Positions 21,117 through 36,523 of a DNA stretch of 64,000 nt are shown one piece after another (positions within the stretch are counted from its first letter, which is position 1; each line of letters starts with the position of its first letter). The notes below the pieces were generated by a model that was given only the letters and a program-made list of their open reading frames with translations, was not told the DNA's origin and did no database searches. The stretch is from NCBI GenBank assembly GCA_963705295.1, contig OY970065.1, forward strand, positions 1,056,001-1,120,000, written 5' to 3'. The position numbers and the translations under genes were made by a program. Source of the DNA: Parachlamydiales bacterium. GTDB taxonomy: Bacteria > Chlamydiota > Chlamydiia > Chlamydiales > Rhabdochlamydiaceae.

Positions 21117-22418
21117 ATGTCTATTATTAGATCTTATAATGGTTATTATCCGACAACTAAGCCTGAAGATGTTTATGAAGAGCTGATACGGCGGGCAAAA
21201 CCTGCAGAAAGGGCTGCTTTAGAGGAGGGGTTGGAACGGCTTCCCGACAAAAAGAGGCACGTGGATGCCCTTCTTCAGGCATTGAAGGAAGGCAATTGGG
21301 ATGCTGAGGTATTCAAGAAGGATGATTATACCGAGTATGCTTTGATAGCGGTGAAAATGGGTCTCCTTTCAAGGATGGTGTTTGGAGCGATCATGGTTTT
21401 CTGGCAAATCCACAATGCTCATTGGAAACAGGACGAAATCGAAAGAGTTCCTTTATTTTTAAAGGATGGGCGTGAAAACCCGCTGGCTGTCCAAGCTATT
21501 GAAGAGACGATGGTTCTTGCGACGGACAAAGATGTGACTCTTTTTTCCAAACTCCAAGTTAAAGAACTTTTTAAAAGATTGCAAAGTGCCTCTAAATGCG
21601 AGCAACAATTCTGGATTGTTCCTGATAGAGACGAAGAGGGTCCAACGGTCACCCAAGTTATCTGTTACAGGCTCGGATTCAATGTTTTTTCAAGAATCTC
21701 TTATTCTCGAAGAATGGCTGTACCTCCTTTATTTTTTCACCATTATCTACAGATAAAGCATGGTCGTGATGCGGTACAAATGAATATTGTGCTCGGTTTC
21801 TCCTCAAGAAATGACATTCTTCAGATGGGGATACGAGATATCGCCTTTCGCCACCGTATCATCCAACTTCCTCCAGAGGCTGATGGACACCCTGCTCCTC
21901 ATATGGACCTGACGGATCATGATAAATACCATTTGGAGGCTGTTTCATCAGCTCCTTTATGGGTACGAAAAGCTATGCTGGGTGTTTCAAAAATCGTCCA
22001 AAAATATTTCGAACGTTTTCCCGAGATGGAAGTACTAGAGTCTTTTGCAGACCGTTGTCTTGATTTAGAATTGAGCCATTTTAGATATGAGAATCGGAGG
22101 AATTTATCTCTCAATGAAATCTTTTGGAGAGAGCTTTATATGTTCTCTCGCTATGGCCATTATTTTGAAAATAATCCAGTTGAAAGAAAAGAGTTTTTCA
22201 CTGAAATCACCGATCTATTATTCACGTTTCCTGAGCTGCGAGAAGGACCCTGGGTACCTTATTTAATGCTCTTAGAGAGTTCAAATTGTACTAAAGAAAA
22301 CATTCTGAAAGACATCTCTCAGATTTGGGCTAAAAAGCTTCTTTGTTCGAAAAGCAATGTAACCATCTGGCCTGATAAGATAAAGGCATGGTTTTTTAGC
22401 ATTGTAAAGAGTGGCTAG
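21117..22418 (+). CDS. Hypothetical effector-like protein, HDxYH family paralog 3
   Basis: HDKYH, CLDLE, SLNEIFW. Confidence 0.75.
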   Translation: MSIIRSYNGYYPTTKPEDVYEELIRRAKPAERAALEEGLERLPDKKRHVDALLQALKEGNWDAEVFKKDDYTEYALIAVKMGLLSRMVFGAIMVFWQIHNAHWKQDEIERVPLFLKDGRENPLAVQAIEETMVLATDKDVTLFSKLQVKELFKRLQSASKCEQQFWIVPDRDEEGPTVTQVICYRLGFNVFSRISYSRRMAVPPLFFHHYLQIKHGRDAVQMNIVLGFSSRNDILQMGIRDIAFRHRIIQLPPEADGHPAPHMDLTDHDKYHLEAVSSAPLWVRKAMLGVSKIVQKYFERFPEMEVLESFADRCLDLELSHFRYENRRNLSLNEIFWRELYMFSRYGHYFENNPVERKEFFTEITDLLFTFPELREGPWVPYLMLLESSNCTKENILKDISQIWAKKLLCSKSNVTIWPDKIKAWFFSIVKSG

Positions 22419-23613
22419 CGGGTTGTCTAGAGGGATGTGCTCCACGGCGAAAAGCTCTTCGGAAAGTACGGGTTGAAAATCAGGTTTTCCAAAAATAAGA
22501 AGTTTGAACCGTGTTTCGGGATCGGTCTCTAACATGGGTGCGAGATCGCCCGGACGTGGATTTCTGTAGTTTGATTTCACCTCAGCGAGGAGTTCGACCA
22601 GTTTTTTTCGAAAGAGAGAGATGAGACGAGCAAAAATTTTAAAAAACATGACGCGTAGAGTGGGGTAGGGGATGGTGATAAAAAAAGTGGCAAACGTTGT
22701 TCCCCAAAGAGTATGTTCTGCAACGGGTCTTCGCTCCTGATCATACGTATCGAGAAGCTGAGGTGATGCTGCTTTTCGGATGACGAGATCGAGTTTCCAC
22801 GCTAGATTGAACGCATCTTGGATGCCGAGGTTGAGTCCTTGCCCGCCTGCAGGGCTGTGGATGTGTGCGGCATCGCCGCAGAGAAAAACATTTCCCTTGG
22901 ACATTTGTGAGACGATACGACGGTGGATCGAAAAAGGGGCTGTCCAAAGCACTGTATCGATGGGATGGTCGATGAGCTTTTCGAAAGACGGGGGATGTTT
23001 CGATGTGGTGATGAGGCGAAAGGAGTCTTTTTGGGGAAGAGGAATAACTCCGATAATGCCCCGTTTGCTCAAAAAGGCTTGGATGGAGGTATGTTCAAAG
23101 GGCGAATTGTGAATGACGACGTCGGCCAGAATGAAGGTTTCAGAAAATTTAGTCCCTTTGAATGGAAGATGGAGGGCATGGCGGACGAAGCTATGGGCTC
23201 CATCGCAACCGACAATGAACTTTGCATCAATTTGAGATAAATCAGTGAGTGTCACATTTCTTTCGACATGACCGCCGAGCTCTTCGAGGCGTGCATTTAA
23301 GATTTTCTCGGTTTCTGATTGGGGAATAATGAGAACAAACGGGAAATCGATGTAGAGTGATTTGAAGTCGGCTTTTCCGACTTGTTTTCCATTTTCGTAG
23401 AGTTTGACGGTATCGATCGGAAGGCCGTTGTCGAGGAGTTTTTCGAGGATGCCCAGCTTATCGAAGATCTCCAGCGAGCGGGCTTGAAGGGCTAAGGCCC
23501 GGGATTGTGTGGTGGGGGAGGGGAGTTTGTCGATGATCCGGATGTTTAAACCCCGCCGTTTCAGTTCACAGGCGAGGGTGAGCCCGGTGGGTCCTGCACC
23601 GATGATAAAAACA

Positions 23614-23630
<17 letters not shown>
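22281..23630 (-). CDS. FAD-dependent monooxygenase (PheA/TfdB-like)
   Basis: GAGPTG, VGCDGAHS, GDAAHIHSPAGGQGLNLGIQDA, LIRPDGYI. Confidence 0.92.
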
Positions 23631-27229
<3,599 letters not shown>

Positions 27230-27231
27230 AT

Positions 27232-27648
27232 ATGCATATCCTTCACACCTATCTCAAAAATCAACCTGTTTCATCCCCGTTTTTCAATGCGGTTGCTTTC
27301 ATTCCGATCGTGGGTCTCGTCGTTCAGATTTGGAAAAATTATATCTTGGTCTCCCAAATACAAGACTTCCACCGCGACCCGCTTGTTTCTTATTCTCCTA
27401 GACAAAAGATCATCGAAATCAAGACCGTGAATGAAATGATGTCCAATCGTGGCATTATTTTAAATTTTTCTATTATGTTCATCGGAATCTTCGGTGCTCG
27501 TGTTTCTCCGTTCTTCGTCACCATCTTCCTCTTTGGTTTTTTCTCCCTTTTAGGCCGCATTACCATCCAAACCTATTTTAAAATGACCCTTCAAGAAGAC
27601 CATTACCAAGGTTTTTCCGTAGTGCCCAATATCTCCCTCCGTGTTTAA
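27232..27648 (+). CDS. Small hypothetical membrane protein
   Basis: Hydrophobic segments (FIPIVGLVV; FSIMFIGIFG...FFSLLG); ATG just after the trpS stop. Confidence 0.55.
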   Translation: MHILHTYLKNQPVSSPFFNAVAFIPIVGLVVQIWKNYILVSQIQDFHRDPLVSYSPRQKIIEIKTVNEMMSNRGIILNFSIMFIGIFGARVSPFFVTIFLFGFFSLLGRITIQTYFKMTLQEDHYQGFSVVPNISLRV

Positions 27649-27671
27649 GAATTAAATATTAAAAAATCGAT

Positions 27672-27817
27672 CGGATATCAACGCAAAGACGCCAAGTCGC
27701 GAAGATGCGGAGAAAATTGAAAATGTATTATTTGACAAAACTCAAAGGCATAGAAGAGTCGTCAATGATTTATAAAAATTGCGTCTTCGCGGCTTGGCGT
27801 CTTTGCGTTGATATCCG
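27672..27817. repeat. Long inverted repeat with an AT-rich spacer (acgcaaagacgccaag type)
   Basis: cggatatcaacgcaaagacgccaagtcgcgaagatgc ... gcgtcttcgcggcttggcgtctttgcgttgatatccg. Confidence 0.8.
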
Positions 27818-27835
27818 TTGTTGTGCTCATGAGGG

Positions 27836-27863
27836 GCAGCGGAGGAGCTTGCTCCCCGACTGC
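27836..27863. terminator. GC-rich hairpin downstream of uvrA, possible terminator
   Basis: gcagcggaggagc-tt-gctccccgactgc. Confidence 0.35.
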
Positions 27864-27904
27864 TTATAGAAAAAATCAAATGTTGATTGATGCGACATAT
27901 CACC

Positions 27905-30900
27905 TCAATAGGCTACAGGGATTTGGAGGGTGTTTTTGAGGTATTGGCCGGTGATGGACGGTTTTTTGTGGATGAGATCTTCGGGGGTGCCTTCGGCGAT
28001 GAGGTGGCCGCCCTGGTCACCGGCGCCGGGGCCGAGGTCGAAGATCCAGTCGGCATTGGAGATGACTTCGAGGTTGTGCTCAATGAGAATGAGGGTGTTG
28101 CCACGGTCGACGAGTTGGTGGAAGATGGCGAGGAGTTTGACAATGTCGTCGCTATGGAGACCGATGGTAGGCTCATCAAAGAGATAGAGGGTTTTACCAG
28201 ATGACCGTTTCGAGAGTTCGCGGGAGAGGCGGATCCGCTGTTGTTCGCCACCGGAGAGGGATGCGATGTCTTGTCCGAGTTGGAGGTAATCGAGGCCGAC
28301 GGCAATGAGGGTATCGAGAATCCGGACGATTTTGGGGAAGGCGTCAAAGAAGGAGCGAGCTTCTTGGACGGTCATTTCTAAAACTTGACCGAGGTGTTTG
28401 CCCTTGAAATGAATGGAGAGGCTTTGAGGATTGAGTCGGTACCCATGGCACGCTTCGCAAGGGACTTTCACGGGTGGGAGAAACTGGAGCTGGATCAATT
28501 TCGTTCCATGGCCATAGCATGTCATACACATACCGCGCCGATGATTGAAGCTGAAATGTTTGGGCTGGAGTCCTCGAGTTAGGGCTGCAGGAACCGAGGC
28601 AAAAAGGCGGCGGAGCGGTGTCAGAAGATCGACATAGGTTGAAATATCGGAGCGGCTTGTTTGTCCGAGTGGGTTTTGGCTGAGAACGATCATTTTATCA
28701 AAGGGAGAATCGCGGAGATTTTTTTCGACTGTCGGTTGAATCGTATCGAACAGGAGTGTCGATTTTCCACTTCCCGAGACGCCCGTGATGCAAGAGAAGA
28801 GATGGAGGGGGATATCGAGATCGAAATTTTTCAGATTATGGAAGTGACAATTGGGAATATGGAAATGAGATTTTGGTTTTCGCCTTGAGTTTGGAATGGG
28901 GACTGCATACCGGCCGCTTAAATACCCTCCGGTGAGAGAGGCGGGGTTTTCGATGATTTCTGAAAAAGTTCCCTGAGCAGTGATTTTTCCACCTTCTTTT
29001 CCTGCTTTGGGGCCAAAATCGAGAATATAATCGGCGATGCGAAGGGTGAGAGGATCGTGTTCAACGAGAAGGAGGGTATTTCCCATATCTCGGAGTTTGA
29101 TGAGGGCTTTATTGAGAAGTTCGTTATCTTTTGGGTGGAGCCCGATCGTCGGTTCATCGAGGACATAGAGACATCCGACGAGGCCGCTACCGAGCTGCCG
29201 GCTGAGCCGGATTCTCTGGGTTTCACCTCCACTCAAGGTGGGAGCGCTCCTCTCGAGTGAGAGATAGCCGAGGCCGATGGCTTGGAGGAAGTGGAGACGT
29301 CTTTTCAGCTGCTCGTGAGGCTCCTGCAAGAAAGGAGGAGTATGCAGCTGCTCGGTAAAGGTGAGAGACCGGTCGATGGGCAGGCTGCAAAAATCGGCAA
29401 TCGAAAGGTCGCCTATTTTGACATGGCGAGCGAGTGGATTTAAACGAGAGCCCATGCATGAAAGACAGGTTGTTTGAGTCAAAAGAGGCGAGAGGTGATC
29501 TCTAAAATCGGACCGGATTTTGGCAGCCTTTCCAAGAGCGTGGTTGAGGCCTAGCCATTCAAATTCTTTCAGTCTCATCGGCCCCTGCATGAAAAGGTTT
29601 AAGCTTTCCGGAGACATTCTCTTAAGCGGTTCGCGCGGATTGATCCCATATTTTCGGAAGAGATTATCGACGAACGAAAGAGCGCCCCAGTTTGCTGTCT
29701 CTTGCCAGAAAGTGCGGAGCAGTTCTAAGGGAGTCAGAGCGAAGAGTTCGGGGTTTTTCGCAAGATCAATCCCGTATTGGAATCCGAGTCCAAGGCAATC
29801 AGGACACATCCCTTGTTCTGTATTGAAGGAAAACGTGTGCGGAGTGATCGAAGGGTACGACTTGCCGGTGGTCGGGTCGGTAAAAGAGAGGTTGAAAAAC
29901 AGATCTTTTCCTTCGACATCGACGTAGATTTTCCCCTGAGAGAGGGATGCGGCATGTTCCACAGCTTCGAGAAGACGAGGGCGCATCTCTCCGCTGATAA
30001 CCGCTCTGTCAACGACCAGGAAAAGCTCATTTTTTCGTTGCGGATCGAACGGAATTTCCTCATCGAGTTCGTAATATTTTCCGTTGAGCCGGATGCGGAG
30101 ATACCCTTGTTTGCGGAGTTCATCGAAAGAACTTTTGACAGGTGCCAAGATTTGAATTTTAGTTTTGGGTGGAAGAGCAAGGAGTCTTTCAACGACAGCC
30201 TCCCTACTCATCGCTTCGATTTTAGCCCCTGTTTCAGGGGCATAAGCCGTTCCTAAATAAGCGTAGAGAATTCGGAGGAAATCGTAGCTTTCAGTCATAG
30301 TTCCAATCGTGCTGCGCGGATTTCCAGCATGACTTTTCTGTTCAATGGCAATCGCAGGGGAGAGACCATCGATATGTTCGATCTTCGGTTTTGGCATCTG
30401 CTTGATAAATTGCCGTGCAAAAGGAGACATCGATTCGACATACCGGCGTTGTCCTTCGGCGTAGACAGTTTCGAAAGCAAACGAACTTTTACCAGAGCCC
30501 GAAGGGCCTGTACACAAAGTGATTTTGCCGCGAGGGATTTTCACCGTGATGTCTTTCAGATTATTTTGAGAAGCTCCTTCAACATAGATTGATACGGCAG
30601 GCTCGATCATTTTTCCTGTTTTTTGGGGGAGTTCAAAATGGTGACGGAGAGCCTTTCCCGTCGCCGTTTTTCCTTTTGCAATTTTCTCCGGAGGTCCTTC
30701 AGCGAGTAACCTTCCGCCCCCTTCTCCACCTTCGGGACCGAGTTCAATGATCCAGTCGGTTGTTCTAATCAGATCCATATTATGTTCAATCACCACCACC
30801 GTGTTGCCCCGCTGGACGAGCGATTGCAAAATTTCGACAAGTTTTCCGATATCGTAGAAGTGAAGTCCCGTTGTCGGTTCATCGAGAATGTACACGGTTT

Positions 30901-33418
30901 TTCCTGTCGATGGGCGAGCGAGCTCTTTGGCCAGTTTGATCCGCTGTGCTTCGCCGCCCGAAAGGGTGGGCGACGGCTGTCCCAACCGGAGATAATCGAG
31001 GCCGACGCGCATTAAGGTTTCTAGTTTCACTTTGATGTGAGGAATCGGTTCAAAAAACGCATACGCCTGACTCACACTCATCTCGAGGACATCGTGGATG
31101 TTTTTTCCTTTGTAGAGAATCGATAAGGTTTTTTCGTCGAACCGTTTTCCCTTGCAGTGTGTGCACACCGTCCATTCATCCTCGAGAAAATCCATGTCGA
31201 TTTTGATCATTCCCATGCCGCTGCAATGAGGGCATGAACCTTCCTTGACATTGAAGCTGAAACGGCCCGGTTTATATCCAAAGGCGATACTTTCAGGAAG
31301 CCCACTGAAGAGATCCCGGATATCATCGAACAGTTTGATATAGGTGGAGGGGTTTGACCGGGGAGTTCTTCCAATTGGAGTTTGGTCAATCGCGATCACT
31401 TTATCGATGAGGTCGATCCCTTCAATTTTTTGATGCTTTCCCACAGGAAGCCGCGATTTTTGCACCACGTTGGATAAAGCTGGAAAAAGGATATCACTGA
31501 TCAGAGACGATTTGCCCGATCCAGAAACTCCAGCGACAGCAATGAAAAGACCGAGGGGGATTTCGACATCGATATTTTTTAGATTGTGATGGGCTGCTTT
31601 TTTGATTAGAAGCTGCTGTTTCGACCTTTTTCTTTTCTTTGGAATCGGGATTTTCAATTCTCCGGATAGATATTTTCCAGTGAGGGAAGAGGGACACGAC
31701 GGGAGATCTTTGACCGGTCCTGAATAGAGAATTTCTCCCCCTTTTTCTCCCGCAAGGGGTCCAATATCGACAACCCAATCGGCAGAGAGGATCGTCTCTG
31801 TGTCATGCTCGACAACAATGACGGTGTTTCCCTTGTCGCGGAGTGTTTTCAAGGTGTTTAAGAGTTTGTGATTATCGACAGGATGGAGACCGATCGAAGG
31901 TTCGTCCAGAACATAGGTTGTGCTCACGAGCCCCGATCCAATCTGGGATGCCAGCCGAACTCTCTGAGCTTCTCCACCAGAGAGTGTCGGCGATGTTCGA
32001 TCTAGGGTGATATAACTGAGTCCAACACCGAGAAGAAACTTGAGCCTTTCTGAAATTTCCTTGAGCAGCTCTTCCGAAATCTTTGTCCGTTTCACACCTT
32101 CGAAAAAAACCGCTGCCTCTTCAATCGATAAAGCGGTGACTTCGCCTATTTTCTTTCCATGGAGTTTGGCAGCAGATGGATACGGTTTTAACCGACTCCC
32201 ATGACACGATGGACAGATGGTCTCTTCCATGAGCTCTTCCATTTTCTGCCGGTATTTTTCACTACTTGCTGCTTGGTATCTTGAAAAAGCTTCTTGAAGA
32301 ACGCCGCGCCACTGCACATACTCCATCCAACGCGATCTTTTTTCCGGATGAGTGAAGTACATCCGCGTCCATTTTTCGTCCGTTCCATAGAGAAAAATAT
32401 GTTTTGCTTTTTCCGATAATTTTTTCCACGGAGTATCGACATCAAATTTGTAGATTTTGGCCAGATTGTTATAGATATTCCCATACCGCACCGTGTTGTA
32501 ACTCGGTGCAACCGAGCAACAATCCTCCGCTATGCTTTTCTCAGGATCGATGATTTTATTCAAATCGAACGTACGCGAGATTCCAAGACCTTGACACGTC
32601 GGACACATTCCAAGTGGGTGGTTAAAAGAAAAGTCGTGCGGCTCCAACGGAGGATACGACAGTTTCGATTTGAACGCGTAGGCATGCTGGGAAAAAAGGG
32701 TCTCTTCTTTCGTATCTGGTTGATAAATGCTCATGAGCCCCTTTCCCAATTCGAGGGCCGCCAAAACACTTTCTTTAAGTCGATCATCTGCTGGAAGAGT
32801 GATCCGATCGATCACAACATCGATGTCGTGGGGTTTGTTCTTATCAATAGAGAGGTTCTCGGTCAGCTCCACAACGGTTCCATCGAGACGAACCCGCGTG
32901 AAACCTCTCCGGAGAAGTTCTGCAAAATCGTCTTTAAATTCCCCTTTTTTCCCCCGTGCATACGGGCTTAAAATGATGAGTTTTGTCCCAGAGGGGAGTT
33001 TCTGAATCGCTTCAATGATATGCAGCGTGCTTTGCGGGGCAACCACCTCTCCACTAATCGGACAATGCGGCGTTGCACACCTAGCAAAAAGGACCCGCAT
33101 GAAATCATAAATCCCCGTCATGGTTCCCACCGTTGACCGAGGACTCCTTCCCGCCGTCTTTTGTTCAATCGCAATCGTCGGCGATATCCCCGAAATCAGC
33201 TCGGCATCCGGCTTCGGATAATCGCCCAAATGCCTCCGAGCATAGGTCGACAGCGACTCGATATACCTCCGCTGCCCCTCAGTATAAATCGTATCAAACG
33301 CCAGCGACGACTTCCCCGACCCCGACACCCCCGTAAACACAATAAATTGATTCGGCTCCAAGTCCAGATCAACATTTTTGAGGTTATGGACCCGGACCTT
33401 CCGCAGAACAATTTTCAT
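27905..33418 (-). CDS. uvrA: Excinuclease ABC subunit A, double-length chlamydial type
   Basis: Four Walker A motifs (GxSGSGKS) and four LSGGE signatures; 1837 aa. Confidence 0.97.
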   Translation of the reverse strand: MKIVLRKVRVHNLKNVDLDLEPNQFIVFTGVSGSGKSSLAFDTIYTEGQRRYIESLSTYARRHLGDYPKPDAELISGISPTIAIEQKTAGRSPRSTVGTMTGIYDFMRVLFARCATPHCPISGEVVAPQSTLHIIEAIQKLPSGTKLIILSPYARGKKGEFKDDFAELLRRGFTRVRLDGTVVELTENLSIDKNKPHDIDVVIDRITLPADDRLKESVLAALELGKGLMSIYQPDTKEETLFSQHAYAFKSKLSYPPLEPHDFSFNHPLGMCPTCQGLGISRTFDLNKIIDPEKSIAEDCCSVAPSYNTVRYGNIYNNLAKIYKFDVDTPWKKLSEKAKHIFLYGTDEKWTRMYFTHPEKRSRWMEYVQWRGVLQEAFSRYQAASSEKYRQKMEELMEETICPSCHGSRLKPYPSAAKLHGKKIGEVTALSIEEAAVFFEGVKRTKISEELLKEISERLKFLLGVGLSYITLDRTSPTLSGGEAQRVRLASQIGSGLVSTTYVLDEPSIGLHPVDNHKLLNTLKTLRDKGNTVIVVEHDTETILSADWVVDIGPLAGEKGGEILYSGPVKDLPSCPSSLTGKYLSGELKIPIPKKRKRSKQQLLIKKAAHHNLKNIDVEIPLGLFIAVAGVSGSGKSSLISDILFPALSNVVQKSRLPVGKHQKIEGIDLIDKVIAIDQTPIGRTPRSNPSTYIKLFDDIRDLFSGLPESIAFGYKPGRFSFNVKEGSCPHCSGMGMIKIDMDFLEDEWTVCTHCKGKRFDEKTLSILYKGKNIHDVLEMSVSQAYAFFEPIPHIKVKLETLMRVGLDYLRLGQPSPTLSGGEAQRIKLAKELARPSTGKTVYILDEPTTGLHFYDIGKLVEILQSLVQRGNTVVVIEHNMDLIRTTDWIIELGPEGGEGGGRLLAEGPPEKIAKGKTATGKALRHHFELPQKTGKMIEPAVSIYVEGASQNNLKDITVKIPRGKITLCTGPSGSGKSSFAFETVYAEGQRRYVESMSPFARQFIKQMPKPKIEHIDGLSPAIAIEQKSHAGNPRSTIGTMTESYDFLRILYAYLGTAYAPETGAKIEAMSREAVVERLLALPPKTKIQILAPVKSSFDELRKQGYLRIRLNGKYYELDEEIPFDPQRKNELFLVVDRAVISGEMRPRLLEAVEHAASLSQGKIYVDVEGKDLFFNLSFTDPTTGKSYPSITPHTFSFNTEQGMCPDCLGLGFQYGIDLAKNPELFALTPLELLRTFWQETANWGALSFVDNLFRKYGINPREPLKRMSPESLNLFMQGPMRLKEFEWLGLNHALGKAAKIRSDFRDHLSPLLTQTTCLSCMGSRLNPLARHVKIGDLSIADFCSLPIDRSLTFTEQLHTPPFLQEPHEQLKRRLHFLQAIGLGYLSLERSAPTLSGGETQRIRLSRQLGSGLVGCLYVLDEPTIGLHPKDNELLNKALIKLRDMGNTLLLVEHDPLTLRIADYILDFGPKAGKEGGKITAQGTFSEIIENPASLTGGYLSGRYAVPIPNSRRKPKSHFHIPNCHFHNLKNFDLDIPLHLFSCITGVSGSGKSTLLFDTIQPTVEKNLRDSPFDKMIVLSQNPLGQTSRSDISTYVDLLTPLRRLFASVPAALTRGLQPKHFSFNHRRGMCMTCYGHGTKLIQLQFLPPVKVPCEACHGYRLNPQSLSIHFKGKHLGQVLEMTVQEARSFFDAFPKIVRILDTLIAVGLDYLQLGQDIASLSGGEQQRIRLSRELSKRSSGKTLYLFDEPTIGLHSDDIVKLLAIFHQLVDRGNTLILIEHNLEVISNADWIFDLGPGAGDQGGHLIAEGTPEDLIHKKPSITGQYLKNTLQIPVAY

Positions 33419-33469
33419 AACCTATTACTATAGTCTAATTTTACCTGAGTTGCCATCATTTTTCTCTTT

Positions 33470-33650
33470 AGGGAAGGGTAGTGAAATTGACAATGAAATT
33501 AGGCCATATTATTATTTTTACTCAGAACAAGACGGAAGTGATCCTGTGAAAAATATCATTAGAGTTTTAAAAAAATTGAGGAAGGGAATTACTCTCGGCA
33601 AAAAATTAACTATCAAAAAGATGCGTGGAGAGGGAAGAAAAGAAAAATAA
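33470..33650 (+). pseudogene. Possible remnant of a Phd/YefM-like antitoxin
   Basis: C-terminal LKKLRKGITLGKKLTIKKMRGEGRK resembles Phd-family antitoxin tails; no good start codon and no toxin gene follows. Confidence 0.35.
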
Positions 33651-33744
33651 CAGGATATTAGGATGTACAGGATGAAAGAAGGAAAACTGCAATATTTTGG
33701 AGAGCAAACAAAACATTTATCCTGACCATCCTAATATCCTGTTA
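33648..33744. repeat. Inverted repeat with spacer (caggat-unit type)
   Basis: taacaggatattaggatgtacaggatgaa ... ttatcctgaccatcctaatatcctgtta. Confidence 0.75.
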
Positions 33745-33776
33745 ATTTTCCAAAATGCCTCTATCTTCATAAATAA

Positions 33777-34628
33777 TCAACGAAGACCTAATCGACGGAG
33801 AAGAACAAAGATCTTCAGTGAAAGAAGAGCACATTTAAAAGTTAAAATAAACTTCAAATGTTTTATTTCTTCTCGAGCTTGAAGAGAGATAACATCGGGT
33901 GTCGTCCCAAAAAATCCATAGGCAAGGCAACCAAAGCCATCTTGATCGACGACCCAAATATTGGCTCCAAATGCGGCCAATAAATCAAAGCATTTCAGGT
34001 CCCTTCTTACCATCGCTCCATGGACAGGATAAGCTCCCCAATGATTCGGTATATTGGGATCAGCTCCCTGTTCGAGAAGCCAGCGGAGTGTCGCCATGTT
34101 CCGGTGTGTCAAGCCTGCGAGATGATTGAGGGCCGTTTCACCCCTCTTATTGCGAGAGTTGATGCCGTGGCCTCTTTCAAGGATTATTTTCATAGCAGGA
34201 AGATGGCCTCTCTCGGCCATTTGAATGAAAACATCGGGATTGATCGTTTGCACATGATCGACAAGAAGGGCTCCCATTTCAAGCGTTGGATCCCTTCTTA
34301 AAAAAATATTCGTCAAGGCGAGATTAGGATCGGCTTGCAGTCTCAATAACATCCTTGCCGCTTCTCGGCAGTTATTCAGGACGGCCCAACCGAGGGGAGT
34401 GTATAAGTCATCTTCGGCATCGACCGGATGATTTTCTTCTAAAATAAGCCTTTGAATCAGCCTGTCGCAATTGAGTTTTGCAGCCCTATGTAGAGCAAAA
34501 GTCGGGGAAGAAAAGATTTCACGGTGTAGACGGTGATAGAGCTCCTCCCAATTTTCATTCTCTTTGGGAATTAGATGGCTGCCCAATTCCGTCCACGTAC
34601 GATTTCGCCAAGATAGTATTAATTTCAC
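33777..34628 (-). CDS. Ankyrin-repeat protein related to the 10182/11114 genes
   Basis: YTPLGWAV, NKRGETALNHLA, WLLEQGADPNIPNHWGAYPVHGA. Confidence 0.85.
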   Translation of the reverse strand: MKLILSWRNRTWTELGSHLIPKENENWEELYHRLHREIFSSPTFALHRAAKLNCDRLIQRLILEENHPVDAEDDLYTPLGWAVLNNCREAARMLLRLQADPNLALTNIFLRRDPTLEMGALLVDHVQTINPDVFIQMAERGHLPAMKIILERGHGINSRNKRGETALNHLAGLTHRNMATLRWLLEQGADPNIPNHWGAYPVHGAMVRRDLKCFDLLAAFGANIWVVDQDGFGCLAYGFFGTTPDVISLQAREEIKHLKFILTFKCALLSLKIFVLLRRLGLR

Positions 34629-34702
34629 CCGTTTATTTTAATAAAAGATAAATTTATTGATAAGTAATTATATCGAACTTGACCCCAGATGCCGATTTTG
34701 AG

Positions 34703-36523
34703 TTAAAAAACTGTCACTCGTTGGAAGGATAATGAATCATCGACCTGCTGATACCACAATTTTGAATAGAGCCCATCCATACTTAGGAGTTGGTCATGTT
34801 TTCCTTGCTCAATAATCTTTCCCTTGTCTAGAACAAGGATTTCATTGGCATGCTGGATTGTCGAAAGTCGATGAGCAATAATCAAGGTTGTGGCTTTCGA
34901 AGAAACTTCTTCGAGATTTTTTTGGATTTCTCGTTCAGTTGTTGAATCAAGAGAAGAGGTCGCTTCGTCGAAAATGAAAAGCGAGGGTTTCTTAAGTAAG
35001 ACCCTGGCAATCGCTATCCGCTGCTTCTCTCCGCCCGATACTTTGAGCCCTCGCTCTCCTACAATAGTTTGGTAACCCTCAGGCAGAGAATCAATAAAAG
35101 AATCGAGTTTAGCTAAGGCGGCAGCCTCTTCAACTTCGTTTTTTGAAGCAAAAGGGTTTCCATAAGCAATATTGTAATAGATCGAGTTGTTAAACAGAAC
35201 GGGGTCTTGAGGTACGATCCCAATTGCCTGATGAAGGGACTCTTGAGATAAAGCACGAATATCAAGTCCATTTATTGTAATAGTTCCCTTGTGAATGTCG
35301 TAAAACCGAAAAAGAAGGCGCGCAAGGGTCGATTTGCCTGATCCTGTGGGTCCTACGACACCCACTGTGTTACCTGCCTGAATCTTAAATGAAATATCTT
35401 TTAATACTATCCTCTCAAGGGTATATCCAAAATCGACTTGATCAAACACGACATCAGCCACATTTTTCGTGAGTGTCAAGGGGTGTGAAACATCTTGAAC
35501 TTCAGATTTTTGTAAAAGAACATGATAGACCGATTCGATATCTTGGAATCCCTTACGTACTTGGAATATCACATACCCTAGGTAGTTCAGCGGCATGATG
35601 AACTGTAGGAGATATCCATTGATTAAGACAAAATTCCCTACCGTCATTCTATTTTCGTAGACGGCTTTTCCCGACATCCATGTCAAACAAATCAGCCCGA
35701 TCCCAATGATCCCGATTTGGCATAGCTCAACCCATACATCGATTGTATACCGCTTAACTCCAGCCCGTTCTTGATCCTTGAAGGCGGCTTCAAGATGGTC
35801 ATGTTCATATTTTTCATTATTGAAGTATTTGACTGTTTCGTAATTCAAGAGGGAGTCGACCATACGGCCGCTTGCATAAGACTTTTTATCATTATGGATT
35901 TTTTGTGCTTTGATCGACTTGCGGATTCCAATGACACTCACAAGGCTATGCCCCATCATGATCGCCAGCAATAAAGCTCCGTACATCCCTCCGAATAAAA
36001 TCGTGATCATGGTTATCACGACGATAAGCTCAATGCAAGTAGGAAGCAGGAATGAGAATAATCCCCAGAAAACACTTTCAATCCCATTTTGGGCACGTTG
36101 GATATGGTTCATCAAGGCCCCAGTTTGCCGATCCAGATGAAAGCGCAGCGAGATTGAAAATAGGTGGTCGATAAACTTCAAACTGAGCACTTGAATCGAC
36201 CTCTCCAGAACTCGAAAAACGAGAAATGTCCGAATCTGCCCTATGGCTTGATTGAGGGTCCAACAGACTCCGTAGCCCAGAAGGAGCAACGATAACAGTG
36301 AAAAAGGAGTAGGAATAGATAAATCATCGATGATATTTTTAAAAATGAGCGGAAGACTTAAGTGCAAAACCATCATGCTAAGGGTCAGAAACAATGCAAT
36401 AACAATCCGCCACCTTATACGTCTATCAGAGGGCCAAAGAAAAAAAGGGACCATGTAACGATAAAAGGACAATTTGTTTTTAATGACATCCCCAATAGCG
36501 TAAAAATAATTCGGTGGATGCAA
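34703..36523 (-). CDS. ABC exporter (fused TMD+NBD), lasso cluster D protein; start uncertain
   Basis: GPTGSGKST, VSGGEKQRIAIAR, DEATSSLD, IAHRLST; overlaps the cyclase stop. Confidence 0.9.
   Translation of the reverse strand: MHPPNYFYAIGDVIKNKLSFYRYMVPFFLWPSDRRIRWRIVIALFLTLSMMVLHLSLPLIFKNIIDDLSIPTPFSLLSLLLLGYGVCWTLNQAIGQIRTFLVFRVLERSIQVLSLKFIDHLFSISLRFHLDRQTGALMNHIQRAQNGIESVFWGLFSFLLPTCIELIVVITMITILFGGMYGALLLAIMMGHSLVSVIGIRKSIKAQKIHNDKKSYASGRMVDSLLNYETVKYFNNEKYEHDHLEAAFKDQERAGVKRYTIDVWVELCQIGIIGIGLICLTWMSGKAVYENRMTVGNFVLINGYLLQFIMPLNYLGYVIFQVRKGFQDIESVYHVLLQKSEVQDVSHPLTLTKNVADVVFDQVDFGYTLERIVLKDISFKIQAGNTVGVVGPTGSGKSTLARLLFRFYDIHKGTITINGLDIRALSQESLHQAIGIVPQDPVLFNNSIYYNIAYGNPFASKNEVEEAAALAKLDSFIDSLPEGYQTIVGERGLKVSGGEKQRIAIARVLLKKPSLFIFDEATSSLDSTTEREIQKNLEEVSSKATTLIIAHRLSTIQHANEILVLDKGKIIEQGKHDQLLSMDGLYSKLWYQQVDDSLSFQRVTVF

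Noticed and set aside
22281..22418. 138-bp convergent overlap between the HDxYH paralog and the monooxygenase
   Set aside because: Best explained by stop-codon loss; the extra tail is absent from the other paralogs
27887..28347. Ser/Pro-rich and acidic ORFs overlapping the uvrA 3' end
   Set aside because: Shadow frames caused by local G/C skew within a conserved gene
27905..33418. Double-length UvrA as a novelty
   Set aside because: This is a known feature of chlamydial UvrA
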